A stretch of DNA of 64,000 bases, from the NCBI GenBank assembly GCA_973895155.1, contig OZ316898.1, positions 11,803,187 to 11,867,186 of the forward strand, given 5' to 3'. Shown here piece after piece: positions 1 through 13,150 of this stretch. The notes under the pieces were generated by a model. The model worked only from the letters and a program-made list of their open reading frames with translations, was not told the DNA's origin and ran no database searches. Each line of letters starts with the position of its first letter. Position 1 is the stretch's first letter. The position numbers were made by a program, and so were the translations under genes. Source of the DNA: Marsupella aquatica (lineage: Eukaryota; Plantae; Marchantiophyta).

Positions 1-454
1 GAAAAGAAGGGGCTATTTGCTCCAAGTTTTCAGACCACCTCAAGAGGAGGTCCAAGTTTTTGACAAAAATGCTTGCACACATCAGCAAAAAAGGGGACCC
101 ATAAGGGGCCCACCCACAGATGACTAGATTGGGTAATAAATGCTTTTGCTTGATTGTGCCCCCAAGTTCATGTAAAGTAAAGTGTGGCCAGTTTCCACAT
201 ATGAATGACTAGTTTTGCATCTCTCACTTAGAAAAAAAAAAGAATTGCTGCCCCAAGTTCTCTCTAAAGCCACCCTAAGTGAGTCTAGGGAGATATGATG
301 GTCATAAATAAATCTAACAAAATTTCTTAGCATCTTTTCCTTCACAGAAAGTGACACCAGCCACCAGATGTAAATGAAAATTGAACTGGCTCCACCATCC
401 GCCACCATCCCGTGCTGTGCACAAAAGTTGGACCAGGTCCACCTGTTTTGCATT

Positions 455-720
455 TATTTCTTGCTGGGTATGCCCCGTTAGTGGGCACAACCCAAGTACC
501 CAACCGTAGTAGATGACCTGTTTATTAAGATTGCTGGGTATGGGTCAAACAACCCTCATTAATGACCAAAACCCAACAATAGGAGGTGGCATTATTATTA
601 TTATTGCTAGGTGTGGGTCAAACGACCCCCATTGATGGCGAAAACCTAGCAGTTGAGCAGTACAAGGCTAATTTTAATATTAATATTATTGCTGGGTATG
701 GGTCCAACAACCCCATTTCA
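455..720. repeat. ~75-85-bp degenerate tandem repeat (attgctgggtatgggtcaaacaacccc)
   Basis: Motif at ~460, 530, 603, 688. Confidence 0.7.
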
Positions 721-939
721 TGGACAACAGCTTGTGCCTCCAGAGCAGATGGTATAAACGATCTCCCTAAAAGCAAGCCACTATTTTAGCTAAACTTTTT
801 GCCAGAAATCATTCAAAATGAGAGTGGCTTTAACAAGAAGTGGGGGGGGGGGGGGGACTCGTGGCTTCTTCTCACCATACCAAACTGGAGCGTCATTATA
901 GAACATACAATGTTCTTGCTATGAACATAGAAAGCATTA

Positions 940-1190
940 CAAGAAGTGTAGGGACTTGTGATTTCACCTTAGCAAACTGGAGGGCCATTTTTTGTTCTAA
1001 AACATAGACTCCAAACCAAAGCACTACCAGATGTCTTTTGAAATGAACTTCACCAGATGCAAATAGCTAGAATGAGGAGCCTTAGTTTGGAAAGGTTTGG
1101 ACCACCTCAAGAGGTGGTTTAAGATAGTAGACAAAACAAGCACTCCACATCAGTAGTTACTTGGGCCCACTACTAGCCATGTAGGATTGG
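940..1190 (+). repeat. Dispersed repeat family member (also ~52960-53185)
   Basis: Shared blocks tttcacct.agcaaa, atagactcca.accaa, gtttggaccacc and actccacatcagt..acttgggcccact. Confidence 0.6.
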
Positions 1191-1804
1191 GGTACACCGT
1201 TCACAGTGAGTTCACCATAAATCTCCTTTGGTGTGGAGGAGAGAAGCACTCATTTTGGCTCAAGCAAACTGCCTGGCTGGGTATTGTACAGACACCCTCA
1301 CCAGAATTTTTCAAGGGGCAAAAAATTGCCAAATTCCACCTCCTTGAAAAGTCTGTTTTCTAATTTTGGCAACACTAAACCAATTTTCCACTTACCCACA
1401 GACTTGGTTGGCCAGAAGGTAAAGGGTACCTTTTAATATAGGGAGTTCTAAGGGCCAGACATTTAAGGAGGAAAATTAGATAATCAATACTCCTAGAATC
1501 TTACCATGTTACCTACAGAATTGAAGAGAAGAACATTGAGTCTCGAAAAGACCTAATGGAACAAAATGTCAAATACAATTTTACAACAAGAAGACATTCA
1601 CATGAATGTTTGCACATGTGATTATCCTAATTCATAGTTCAGAATGCGCCAAAATGACAGCTTGGCCCAATTTACGATTACCACCGTGCAAGCCATGCAG
1701 CTTGACTGGACACAATCACTATGAAATTGAGCAGGGTTCATTGTTCAAAGTCCTATTATCACTATATACCTAGAAGAACTTTCAGAAGAACATTCTGTGA
1801 GGCT

Positions 1805-2172
1805 CTTTAAGAGGGGGTTGATCAGGCAAGAAAAGTTTTGAGGAGGCTGATGAAGTAAAGTTCATTAAGAGGGGGTTGATCAAGCTTTGAAAAGTTTCAA
1901 GGAGACTGATTGGTAAAGTTCATTAAGGGGGATTCGTCAAGCAAGAGAAGTTTCAAGGGGGTTGATGAGGTAAAGTATTTCAGAAGTTTCAAGGGGGCTG
2001 AAGAGACAAAGTATTTCAGGTAAGGGGTCTATTAAGTACATCTCTGGGGTACTCAGGTACTCGATATTTGGGCTAGATCTTGAGTACAGTGAGGTTTACC
2101 CATCATTGAATGATTTCGCTATTTGAGCTAGATCCTTGAGTAAAGTAAGGTTTGCCCACCATTTAATGATTT
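1805..2172. repeat. Two adjacent degenerate tandem arrays (~58 bp x3-4, then ~55 bp x2)
   Basis: taagagggggttgatca..aaagttcat periodicity; atttg(g/a)gctagatc..tgagta..aatgatt twice. Confidence 0.7.
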
Positions 2173-3247
2173 AATGAATTAATCCCACAGGCCTGCAGAT
2201 CGTCCTGTACGCAATCGTTGTTGACCGTTTCAGAGACCATTTATGACAGTGAATTAATGGATTTTGTCCCTCCGTGTTTTGCTGTTTCACCCGCAGGATG
2301 CGCATGTAATTTCGTACGCGTTCCTTCCGACAGGTCAGGAGATCAGACGAAGAATGGAGGCAAGGTCTCCATTGTAAACAGTTGTTTGACAACATCTGGG
2401 TCAGTGTTCTCACCTGGTTATGGATGACTACAAAACGGCATCCAGCCGAGATTCTTACTAATCACGTCTCATCTGAAACCGTGCAGAGAAAAACTGGACT
2501 TCTCACGGAAAGCGCTTGTTTCCGTTGCCTTCTCTGGAAATAACAGCCATCAGATTGCTCACCACTTGGAAAAAATACTTCAAAAACTTGCTCAGAGGTA
2601 ATAATTATTATGAAGTTCGCATTAGTTTCTTAATCAGAACGCAACGTGACTTGGAATTCAATAAATGCCCACGAATGAGCGGAAATTGAATGTTCCCAAT
2701 CAATGAAAGAATATCAGCACATCGCCTTTCTATCCGTTAGGATTTCCAAATATGCCCTCAAAAGATTTTCTAATTACTCGTGGCTGACAGCTTCCACGTC
2801 TCATTCAAAACGGTTTAGTCTGAAAACTGATGTCTGCAGAGGATAGCTTGATCTCAAAGACAATTGCACTTATATCAGCATAGCAGAGTACACACTCAGG
2901 AATAACTTCACGGCAGTGACTTTGGTGCATCCAAGGAGCATGAGGGAGTTCAGGTATCATCCTGGAAGATCAGCTAAACGTACGTGCAGGATTTTGTTAC
3001 GAAGAGAACATGTATAGAAGAATATATTTACAGGAGCACCCCTCGCTTGCACTGGTATGTGCGGGTAACCCAATGACTTGGGTAATAAATCCTGGCTTCC
3101 CAAATTCGAAGAAACAACGCACAACGCACAACGCACAACAAACCATAACAGTTTTTCACTTTATCCGACTCCCTCGTGCACTATAGGAGCGTATCTGCCT
3201 TTAGCACATACTTTCCAGGTCGCAGTATGAATGGCTCTTGCTGAGGT

Positions 3248-6200
3248 TTAGAGTCCGAAGAGTTGTTGTGGAGCCCCTTCGGAGTCTGCGTAGGTCTTTT
3301 TAGGAATGTGAAGAGAACTTTGCCTGCCGTCCATGACATCCTTGATGGAGTGTGCAACCTTCAGAGTGAGCACATCTGAATTGGACTCGACAGCTGCTGT
3401 GAGAAGTCTGATCCAATGGTCTGAATCGAATTGGAAAGACAAGTCAGTAAAACGACAATAGCAGGACAAACAAAAGAAGTAGATTGACATGCGGAACTGA
3501 CCTCTAGGTCTAATCCTATTCATGTCTCGGGATTTGCAATGAACCCTTCATCCTCAACGGAAAGCTTTACTAAAACCCAAATTTTGTTTTCTTTGAGATA
3601 GACTAAGCATACCTTGAGTAGGAACAATGCTTGCTTCCAAGACACCTTTCAAGCACTCCACGCCATACTGCGTACACGTTAGGCTTCATTAGCTATGTTC
3701 AAGTTCAACCAGCAATGGTTACTCTGGCATTTGATGAATGAGATAGGTTCGTATCAGCTTCCCGCATTATGATTGAAAAAATCTTATTACCTTATGAGCT
3801 GTGACAAAAAGATCAATCCCTCGGTTGTGTACAAACGCCGGATCCAATGTTCCAACATAGAGATAATGCACCATGGCTTTCGCCAAATTGTATGACGTAT
3901 CATGAAGTTCCATTCTGTTCGATTCGAGGAGATTCAGCCTGAAAATCTGCAATGGAGGACAAATGTGCGTTCAGAGTGCCAAGTTTTAGCTGACACAAAC
4001 AAACGGCTTCTTGCCCTTGTATCATGGCATGCAATCTAGCTCGTAGTATACTCCTGCACAAACTGCATTACCGTTGAAGGAAGTGCAACAAGATGCGCTG
4101 CTTGTGTCCAATTTTCTCTAAATAATTTCCTACCACGGGGTAGCTGAAGGAAAGGCATTGTACCTTTGAAGCACCTATCACAAGCAACTTTAGTGCAACG
4201 ATATCCTTGCCTTCAGCAACGAACTCAACAAGATCATGTTTGCCGCTCTTGAAGACAGCATCCCAACTTTGTTGAATAGTGTGAGAAACAGCGTTCGTAT
4301 GATGAGCTGGTGGCTTCAGGCCCTTTGCAGCAAAATGCTGAATGGTTGCGTCCGCCAAAACCTTTATCAACGCATCCCAGTGACGGTATTCCCATCCTAT
4401 AGCAGAAAAATGTTAAAGCATAAGTATATACTGGCTGAAAGGCATAAACTTATCATATTCCATACCAGACAAGGAATCAAACGAGTTGCGGTGAAACAGC
4501 CGGGCAATTAATGCTTATGAAATATGATGGTACACCTTTGACATATAGAGATGATTTGAGCTCCAGAGCAATGAGTAGAGGCGTCTTGTGATCGAAGCTG
4601 ATCTTCCTTGTCTCCTGTGCACTTCCATCGTGACGTTTCGGCTCATGACGGACGATGGAAATTTTGTGAGCTGATGGTGGCGGGGCAGCTTTAATGTTAA
4701 TATCAGCTCCATGTTGTAATAAAGTCGTGACAGCCTCAAGATGACGCTGTTCCTCATATTTATAAACCACCAAATGTAATGCTGTAGCTCCCTGGATCAG
4801 CCAGACAGTAAGTGAGCACTCGAGCACCCACATTTCTTAACCCATCGTCTGGCATTCCATCAGAACGTCGCTGGTCACTAGCTAAAGGTCATGGTATGTT
4901 TGTATTACGCAAACAGCAAGTCTATGTCTCCCCCTCTGTTTGTGCCTCATAACCGCATCGGGCAAGTACCCTTGTAATGGTTGTCTCGGAAGTGACATCA
5001 TGATCTATAATTGGGAACACACACATGACCAGCTTTATAGGAGTATTACATTTTCGCCTAACCTGACCCACACCACCACCAAATTCCGCGTTGTCTTTCT
5101 GAGATAAGCTTGCCAAAAATTTAAAAATCCAAGGAACTAAAAAATCCGAGGAACTCATGCTCCTATGTCGATCCCAGTCTCTTGGATTTTTCGGACCTCT
5201 TACTTCAAAGCCAAAAACTGCGCAGTATACGCTGTATACTGCTCTCAAGAATGCAATTCACGAAAAAAAATCCAGGCAAAATATTGTGGAACGTAGTGTC
5301 CTCGCAATCATGTGGATGTTTCAGTAGTGTTGCGTGGCTGACACCCCCGATATTCGTGCTATCACCATATCTAAGTTGCTGTGTGGCCCCATGTTTTCAT
5401 ACAGTCCTAGCAACATCGTAGCAGTTTTTCTAGGTAAACGGCTTGTGGATGATATCTCGAGGTCATTCGGATCTGCAGCCGTAACAACAGCCCATAATGG
5501 TATGTCCAAACGGGGAATTCCACTTCCGGTGTCGAGTCCACACCCTCACTCTGCCATTCCAATATTTCCTGAAGGATACCAACTTTAGGGTGGTTTCATT
5601 CCAGGTGGGCTCTCCCGTTAAATAAAGTTTCATGCGGTCCAAGATCCCATTGCAACTTAGGAAGGTCCCAAATAACATACTCAAGCATGATCAGGCATGC
5701 TTTGTTACTGCACGAGCTTCAATCACAAGCGTTAGTTCCTCCCTTGCCCAGACACTGCAATTAATTCTGTTAGCATGTTGCAAGCATCCACAGCAGTACA
5801 ACCTGTAGACCTCTCGAGTAAAATTACCGATCGGCGGGAATCGAGCCTTTTCTAATCGGGTACCCTATCTAGATCGAGACAGGTCATTACGCAAGCTTTC
5901 TGAAGACTGTGGGCAATCCCCGCATTTCTTTGCCGGATTGCCCCCTGGAAATGAGTTTTAGGCGAGAAAGAACTGGAAGTGCTTGCAGCGAACAGCCACG
6001 GACTGCTCTGCCCTTGTGGAAACGCCAAACCACAGAGACAAGGAACTGAAAGCAGGTGTGAAGACCCTGACCCAACGTCAACAAAGTGACAACCCCCCGA
6101 CCAGAGACTTTGGATTACGGACTCTAGGCCCTATACAACCTGAAGTTGCCTCAGAATCTTTAAATTCTCCTACACGACCCCAACCTCTCAAGATTTCTTT

Positions 6201-6826
6201 CAGTTTAGCCTTGACGTCGAGAGAAGACCCACCCATCAGTAGACGAGCTTCTTCAGAGCATGCAACACTGTGAAGTAAAAAAAATCATCTCCAGAACGAC
6301 AAATCACGGTGGCAGAGTTCCTTCACATTACTCCACAGTAGACCCCACATATGAACACAATTCAACCGCCGTACCCCTGAGGAAATCATGACCAGCACCA
6401 GTTCTCTATGTTCTGGAAACTAAGGAAACCATGACCAAAGCATCACTGGCAAAAATCTCCAGCACACGTCCATGCCCCTCCTTGGCTGTAGTACGAAACT
6501 AGATTAAGGATCTCAAGCCTCGCCCAAATTAAGGGTGCGGTCCCCACTAAACGAACGATCTAGCTAGTACATAGATGTCCTGCCGCAATCTAGAATCCAA
6601 GACAAAGGCTAAGCACCTCAGAGTTGTACGCATTCACATCGACTTTCCGATTCTTCAGCAGGGCATCGATGACCTTCACATTTCCTTCTTGCACGGCTCG
6701 GAAGAATGACGCCTGATTCAAGTTCCCCGCTTGAACGCCAATCTGCGCTCCCGCATCGTCTCCTAGCCCTACGCTCTGCACACTAGCCTCGATCGAATCC
6801 GTCGCTGTAGTTCCTGCTGACGCCAT
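3248..6826 (-). CDS. Ankyrin-repeat + BTB/POZ domain protein (~360 aa), 6 exons: 6826-6617, 4791-4536, 4396-4164, 3946-3791, 3667-3613, 3420-3248
   Basis: GT-AG introns join ORF pieces in frame. The ankyrin consensus runs across the exon1/2 junction (VDVNAYNSE|GATALHLVV..LLQHGADIN; KTPLLIALE). BTB signature: DLVEFVAEGKDIVALKLLV..MVHYLYVGTL..LFVTAHKYGVECLK. Confidence 0.85.
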
Positions 6827-7444
6827 CCCTGCAAGCCAATATCTTATGCCTGCCTGCCTCCCTGCGCCTACCCCCTAGCTGCTTCACCCAATCTCACCAA
6901 ATCCTTCGCTGCTGCTTCCTTCACCCAATCTTGCTCTCTCCAGTCCCCTGTCGATCTGTTATCCCGTGAACTTCAGGCAAATCTCGAGCAATCCGACCCC
7001 AATCTACTCCACACAACTCAGCTGGAAACCCTCACTTCTTCGTTCCTGATTTGTGAACTCAGGTACGAGAGTGGCCCTCAACAGGAAGTTACTCGATTCT
7101 TCTCTCTCAATTATCTTCAGCGCTCTTCGAATTGCGTTTCTGCTCTGCGTGCCTGACGGATGCTCCTCTCGTACCCATCCTCCCTTCTTTGCGATTCTCG
7201 AGATGCGCTTTGTCACGTCAACCTGACAAGTGTGCATGCCATCATCCCTCCCTTTTGGCCGCCATGTGAACAGTCAGCTCTGCCTGAGTGTGCTGTGCAT
7301 AAGTGCGTTCCGTGGTTAAGTGCAAGGAAAATCAGGATTTTTTTCCTAAAAGGAGATGCGATTTTTAATGCAGTTTTCTGGAGCCTAGGACTTACCCCCT
7401 TGTGTTTGTAAGGCCTGTTTTCGCCAAATGGTGTCTGTTGCAAT

Positions 7445-7545
7445 TCAGAGGGCTCACTCAGGCATTTGTAGGGTGAGGTTCAGAGGGCTCAGGAAATTGT
7501 AGGGGCAAGGATCAGAGGGCTCAGGCATTTGTATGGGCGAGGCGG
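7445..7545. repeat. ~32-bp tandem repeat x3 (cagagggctcaggcatttgta)
   Basis: Directly visible. Confidence 0.7.
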
Positions 7546-9426
7546 GTTAGTTCTAGGGTGTTGTAATGGATTCCTTTGCTAGACCCTCTTATGCAACTCA
7601 CCTTGGATCTTTACCAGGCTCTTCACTTTGCTGAGGAGGTAGGGTTTTAAGGTCTTTTGTTCATGGCTGTTTTAGTGGTGCTCTCCTTGCTTGGTTGCTC
7701 TGGCTTTTTTGTTCTTTGGTTTCTTTCCCTTGATTGCGTCTTTTGCATTTGGGATAGTGTTTCCAGGTTAAGTGCCTTTTGTTCTTTTGTAGTTTGATAT
7801 ACAAGTTTTTCTAAGTGCATGTTGACCATCTTTACATGAAGACATGTATAATAGTCAGCTGTGTCTAACCAATCTGCGCATAACTGCATCCCATGTTTAA
7901 GTGCACCAAAAATAGTTATTCCACAAAGAAATAAGCATTTTCATGACCAGATGCAATTTTCAATGCAGTTTTTTCAGGTGCATGTTCACCAAACAGTACA
8001 AGAAATTCTGTACAGGCAGAACTGTCTAAGTGCACTGTGCGTGGCTGCATCCTGTACACTTCAAGTAAGATAGTCCCTCCATGAGGAAATCAGGATTTCT
8101 AAGAGTATATGTGATTTCTAATGCAGTATTTTGAGGTGCATGTTGACTGGGCCTGTCAAAGTTCATGGAGTTATATGGAAGCCATCCAGGCAACAATCTC
8201 TGACATTAGCTGAGTGCTTGAGCAGCTCCTATAACTTGTCATTGAGATTCAAATGGCATCTGTCCCCCAAGAGACCTTTGAAGTCATTGCCCATCTGGAG
8301 TTGATTGCCATTTTGAAGTGAACACTCTCATGCTTGGTGACCAGCCATACTTCAAATTCTAACCAGTAATTACTCTTTACAGAAGCTGTCAAAACTACCC
8401 ACCCCTGCCCAGAAAAGTGGCCGTGCTTAATGCTTTGAGATGCCCTATTATATCTTAAATTTGCACAGTCGCCATGTTGCATGACTAACTGCATTCAACG
8501 CTTAAGTGCAAAGAAAATCATTCTTTAAAAATATATTATTTAGCATTTCTTTGACTATATGCAATTTTTAATTTTTCATTGAAGTGTTGACAGCAATTAA
8601 TTTTGAAAATTTAATTGTAACATATAAAATTTGGATAAAATTTAGATTATTGATACTGACAGTCTGACCTACTATTTTATTTACGTATAACACATTGGCC
8701 AGCCTGGACTATATAGTTTGAAATGCTCACAACGCATGTCTGAATGATTCCGTGGTGTAAAAATAGAACATTAAATAAAATTTAAAAATGGTCGCACCAT
8801 CAGGAGCTCCAAGGCTGGAGGGAGCATTATTTAAGAAAAACCTACAGAGATAAATTGTAAAAAGCCCAGATACATTTGTGCAACCTTAAACATTGAGAGC
8901 TTGACACTGATGCAACCACTTTGTTATGGGAACAAGTCCCTTTATCCAGTGCCTCTCCCTCTATATGCTCAAATTGTCTCCATTTATATGTTTAAAACCC
9001 AGTTCTAGCAGTCCTTCCAGTCTTGGACCTCCCATGAAGCACCGTCATCAAGCTTGATCCCCTCACCTAAACATGGCTTGGCCAACCTTGACACTATCAC
9101 GGATGCTCAAATAAGCTAACTTTGGTGATCCTTTTCACCTCTAGTGATATTTCCGATACAAAGCGGGATACAAAGTCTCACTTATCCTACCAAGGCTGAT
9201 AGTCATGGACTAAATGCTGGCTTAGCAATGGCTTGCACATACATAAGGATCCCCAAGGTAAATACTCCATCAAATAGCAAGAGACAATTTGGCCATTGTC
9301 TTGTCTCAAGTTCAACAATCATTAGAAATATGGTCAACATATAGAAAGTCCAACATTTACCAGCCTTGCCATACATAATGAAAATGAATAATTGGCATCT
9401 ATGCTGATTTGGAGCAACTCTGTTGG

Positions 9427-9604
9427 GTTGTCGTGACATATAGTATCGTAGCCATAGTGTATCGAAAACATATAAGTCACCGGCAAGGCATATGTGCAAG
9501 CTGCTAGCAACCAAAATGCATAGAAAAAGTCCAATCACATTCACAAGTGCCAAGAAAAAGCAAATGAAGTGATATGTACGTAGTGGAGGTGTAAACCTCT
9601 GTAT
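9427..9604 (-). repeat. Terminal repeat block B2 (3' end of element)
   Basis: Direct repeat of 9965-10142; abuts block A2. Confidence 0.95.
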
Positions 9605-9697
9605 ATAAAAGGTGTAAGAGAAACAATTGTACTGAAATCAAATCAAAAACCGGCAGGATGCCAAGATCGGCCGGGAGCATCTAACGAATCATTGTGT
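9605..9697 (-). repeat. Repeat block A2 (~87-93 bp)
   Basis: Direct repeat of 19138-19230; the 3 core differences are CpG->TpG/CpA in this copy. Confidence 0.95.
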
Positions 9698-9964
9698 GAA
9701 TCCCGTGTATGGAACCGACGAGCACTGTCTGAGCTCTGTCAACAGCGATTCAAGAAGAACTGAAAAAACCCACAAAGAAAGACATGCCCTAAGTAAACAA
9801 AGTCCTGGCGTCACACTAACAAGCGCGTTTGCTTCAAGAACGCCTGGCATTTGCTATAAGAACATGTCGCTAACTCAAGTAGTACACTAGCCCTAACTAC
9901 ATACCTAGCGGGCATGCGAGGGACATGCCGATGTGCATAAGAGGCACTGTCCCTCGGCATGACA

Positions 9965-10142
9965 GTTGTCGTGACATATAGTATCGTAGCCATAGTGTAT
10001 CGAAAACATATAAGTCACCAGCAAGGCATATGTGCAAGCTGCTAGCAACCAACATGCATAGAAAAAGTCCAATCACATTCACAAGTGCCAAGAAAAAGCA
10101 AATGAAGTGGTATGTACGTAGTGGAGGTGTAAACCTCTGTAT
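9965..10142 (-). repeat. Terminal repeat block B1 (178 bp), immediately after the PPT
   Basis: Direct repeat of 9427-9604 with 3 mismatches. Confidence 0.95.
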
Positions 10143-10150
10143 CCCCCCCA
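10143..10150 (-). other. Polypurine tract (TGGGGGGG in element sense)
   Basis: G-run ~30 nt after the Pol stop and directly before block B1. Confidence 0.75.
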
Positions 10151-10181
10151 GACCACAGCCAAAAGGAGGGCTGAAGAAAAT

Positions 10182-10340
10182 TCAGGTAGCACGTGGAGCA
10201 CAGGAAGGGCAAAACCATAACCCTTCTGGCACCTGGGTAAGTTCAGGCCGAAGGCAGAAAAGATGGTACCCTCCATTGCAATTGTCACACAGCAGCATCT
10301 GGTCAGCATCATCAATTCGCAAACACACTTTGCAAGGGTA
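10182..10340 (-). CDS. C-terminal PHD finger of integrase
   Basis: CKVC..DDADQMLLCDNCNGGYHLFCLRPELTQVPEGLWFCPSC is a canonical C4HC3 PHD, followed by the stop codon. Confidence 0.93.
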   Translation of the reverse strand, partial: YPCKVCLRIDDADQMLLCDNCNGGYHLFCLRPELTQVPEGLWFCPSCAPRAT

Positions 10341-10399
10341 GTCCACAGGTGGAATCCAAGTAGAAGTCACAATGGTGGGATCCAGGTTAGGCAGATGAC

Positions 10400-11740
10400 A
10401 AGGGGCGCAGTTCTTGGCATTGTCAACAATTATGCGCCCATCTGCCCCTTGTAACTCTAGCACTCCAGACGGTCGAATAGCTTTAACCCTGAGAATAGTA
10501 TGACTAGTAGAGGTGTCCAGGGTGTCGTTAGCTTGCCGCTGCAAGTACACGAAATCTCCCACATCAAACTTCCTGACCTTGGGCTGAAAAGTGCCCCCTC
10601 GTGTGTGTGCATAACGCAGTGTGTCCCTGTGCTGTGCAATGGCCAAATTCTCCATGGCCATGGGCATAACCCTCCTGAATAGGGCAACCCTCTCAGAGAT
10701 CACATCAGACCAAGTCAGAGCTGAATCCAAGTCCACCACCTGAAGCATGTGAGCAGCAATAGCAAAAGGTGGAACTAGGTGACGACCAAACAACAAGAAG
10801 TAGGGAGAAAAGTTAGACAGTGATGCATGTCTGGACATCCTATACCCCATGGCAATGTAGGGTAAGGCCAGGTCCCAATCCTCCTTGTTTTTGGTGAGGC
10901 AGATCTTTCAGAGGCCCTTCTTGCATGTCTGAACCATGCGCTCTGCCAAGCCATCTGCCTGTGGGTGATCTCGTGATGTCCGGCGATGATCAATGAGGGT
11001 CTGATCAAGCAGCTCCTGGAACTCTCCTCTAAACTCTGAGCCCTGGTCAGTGAGACATTCTGCACAAGCTCCAAAGTGGCTGAGAACTTGTTGCAGGAAT
11101 GCCTGGCTGGTGCTACGGGAGGTCTTATCCGGCAATGCCACAAGTTCTATCCACTTGGAGAAATGCTCTATCATGATCATGATGTAGAGATTACCCCAAG
11201 ACGTGAGGGGTAATTCTCCAGCCAAATCACATGACTAGCGATAAAACATGCCCTGAATAGGGAGTGGATGAAGTGTGGGTTGCCGAGATGTGAAAGAAGT
11301 CCTCACCCTATCACACTGTTCACACCGGGCAATAACATCTCGAACCTGGCCATGCATACCTCTCCAATGATAATGAGGGACCAAAAGGCTGTAAGTCCTC
11401 TTAACGCCAAAATGACCAAGCTCATAATGTACCTTACGGATAAGGCCAACCCTCTCATGAATGGGTGGAACCACCACTTCCCTGTCTGGCAAGCAACGCA
11501 CGAGATGATTTCCCTTCCACAAGTAACGCTTGGACCTTTGCTAAATTCGGTCTCTCTGGGTTGCAGTAACATGTATGGGGTACTCCCCATGCTGCAAAAA
11601 TCTCAGAGTGTCGTTGTCCTCCCATATGTCCACCACAGGTTGGTCAACAACGTAGCATGGCAGCAAAGCAAGATAGGTAGATGCATGAAATGTGGGCAGG
11701 ATGGAAACCTGGTCAAAATCCTGTCGTGCATCTGAGGAAT
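10400..11740 (-). pseudogene. DDE integrase with HHCC zinc finger (stops at 11541, 11235, 10908)
   Basis: HYELGHFG...CEQC; catalytic SCDLAG / LTDQGSEF / GLAERMV; FSPYFLLFGR; FDVGDFVYL. Confidence 0.93.
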
Positions 11741-11759
11741 CATCAGAGGCAACAAAGGG

Positions 11760-13150
11760 CTGCGGGACATAGTGTCAGCATTTTGATGTGTCATACCAGG
11801 CCTATGAATTACCTCAAAATCATACTCCTGGAGTATGAGCGCCCAACGAGCAAGCTTGCCAGTAAGCTTGTCGTTGGTCATCAACCACTTCAAGGGCTGG
11901 TGGTCGGTGTAGAGAACAAACTTGGTCCCATAGAGGTAGGGCTTGTAATGTATGACAGCCCACACAACAGCAAGGCATTCACCCTCATAAGAAGAATAAT
12001 GACTCTCTGCCTGATTGTTGCTCCTGGATGCATAGGCAATGACGTACTCTTTACCTTCCTCATCATGCTGGCCCAGAATGGCACCAATCCCAAGGGCACT
12101 CCAATCTGTGTGGAGCACAAAGACCTTGCTGAAATCAGGTCTTCTCAGCACCGAGTATTCTGAGAGCTTCTCCTTCAAAGTGGCAAATGCTGCCTCAGCA
12201 TCTGTACTCCATGTCCAAGTCACATTCTTTTTCAACAAAGCATACAATGGGTGTGCAATGGTGCTGAAATCTTTGATGTAGATCCGGTAGTAATAATTGC
12301 ACAACCCAATAAAACTCCTCAAAGTGTGAACATCGGTAGGAGTGGGCATTTCCAAGATGGATACCACCTTGGCCCAGTGAGCCATGGTTCCATTTGGAAG
12401 AATGCGGTGCCCAAGGTATACTACTGATCTGACAGCAAATTCACACTTCTTGGGGTGTATCTTTAGGTTCACCTTCTTAAGCCTCATGAATAGCTCCTCG
12501 AGGTCAAGTAGATGCTGGTCAAATCCTTTGCTGTGGACCAACACATCATCAATGTAGCATTTCAGAAACTCAGCACCTTGAAGAACCTGGTCCATGACTC
12601 TTTGAAAGAATATGGGCGCATTCTTCAAGCCAAATGGCATCACCAACCACTCCCATAGTTGGTTACTACCATGGAAAGCTGTTTTCTTGCGGTCCTTTGC
12701 AAGCAGCAAAATCTGGTTAAAGCCTTGCCTTAGATCCACAAGAGTGAAGATGTCTGAGTCTCCAATGCTGTCAAATAGCTCCTCTAGCCGTGGCATGGGA
12801 TACCTGTCCTGGGGTGTAACCAGATTTAGTGGCCTGTAGTCCCCACACATGTGCTTCTCTGTCCACAATCCACTGTAATCCTTCTTTGCTGGCATCACTA
12901 TAGCTGCTGCAAAATCTGATGTAGATGGCTGAATAATACCAGCTTCATATAACTCTTGGCACCTCTCATCCACCAGCTGCCACTCATGCTTACTCAAACG
13001 ATGTCTCCGCCTGAAGATAGGTATTTCATCAGCCAACTCAATGGAGAACTGCATGGTCTTGCACTTACCCAAGTCCTTCATAGAGAAAGCAAACACGTTC
13101 TCATGCTTGAGGAGCAAATTCAGCAGCTGGTCCTTCTGTCTTTTACTCAG
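11760..13150 (-). pseudogene. pol: Gypsy-type reverse transcriptase + RNase H
   Basis: GIIQPSTS, MCGDYRPLN, DLRQGFNQI, KTAF, VMPFGLKNAP, YIDDVLV, KKCEF, YLGH. RNase H: LHTDWSALGIGAILGQ, YASR, ECLAVVWAV, TDHQPL, LARWAL, NADTMSR. Frameshift near 11750 before integrase. Confidence 0.95.

Noticed and set aside
8880-9420. Possible LINE RT remnant on the minus strand (YLG.P-like and LAKPCLGEG-like traces)
   Set aside because: Too degraded to support without a profile search.
9203-10091. Twin ORFs starting MALVNVIGLF...
   Set aside because: By-products of the duplicated B block with a non-ATG start.
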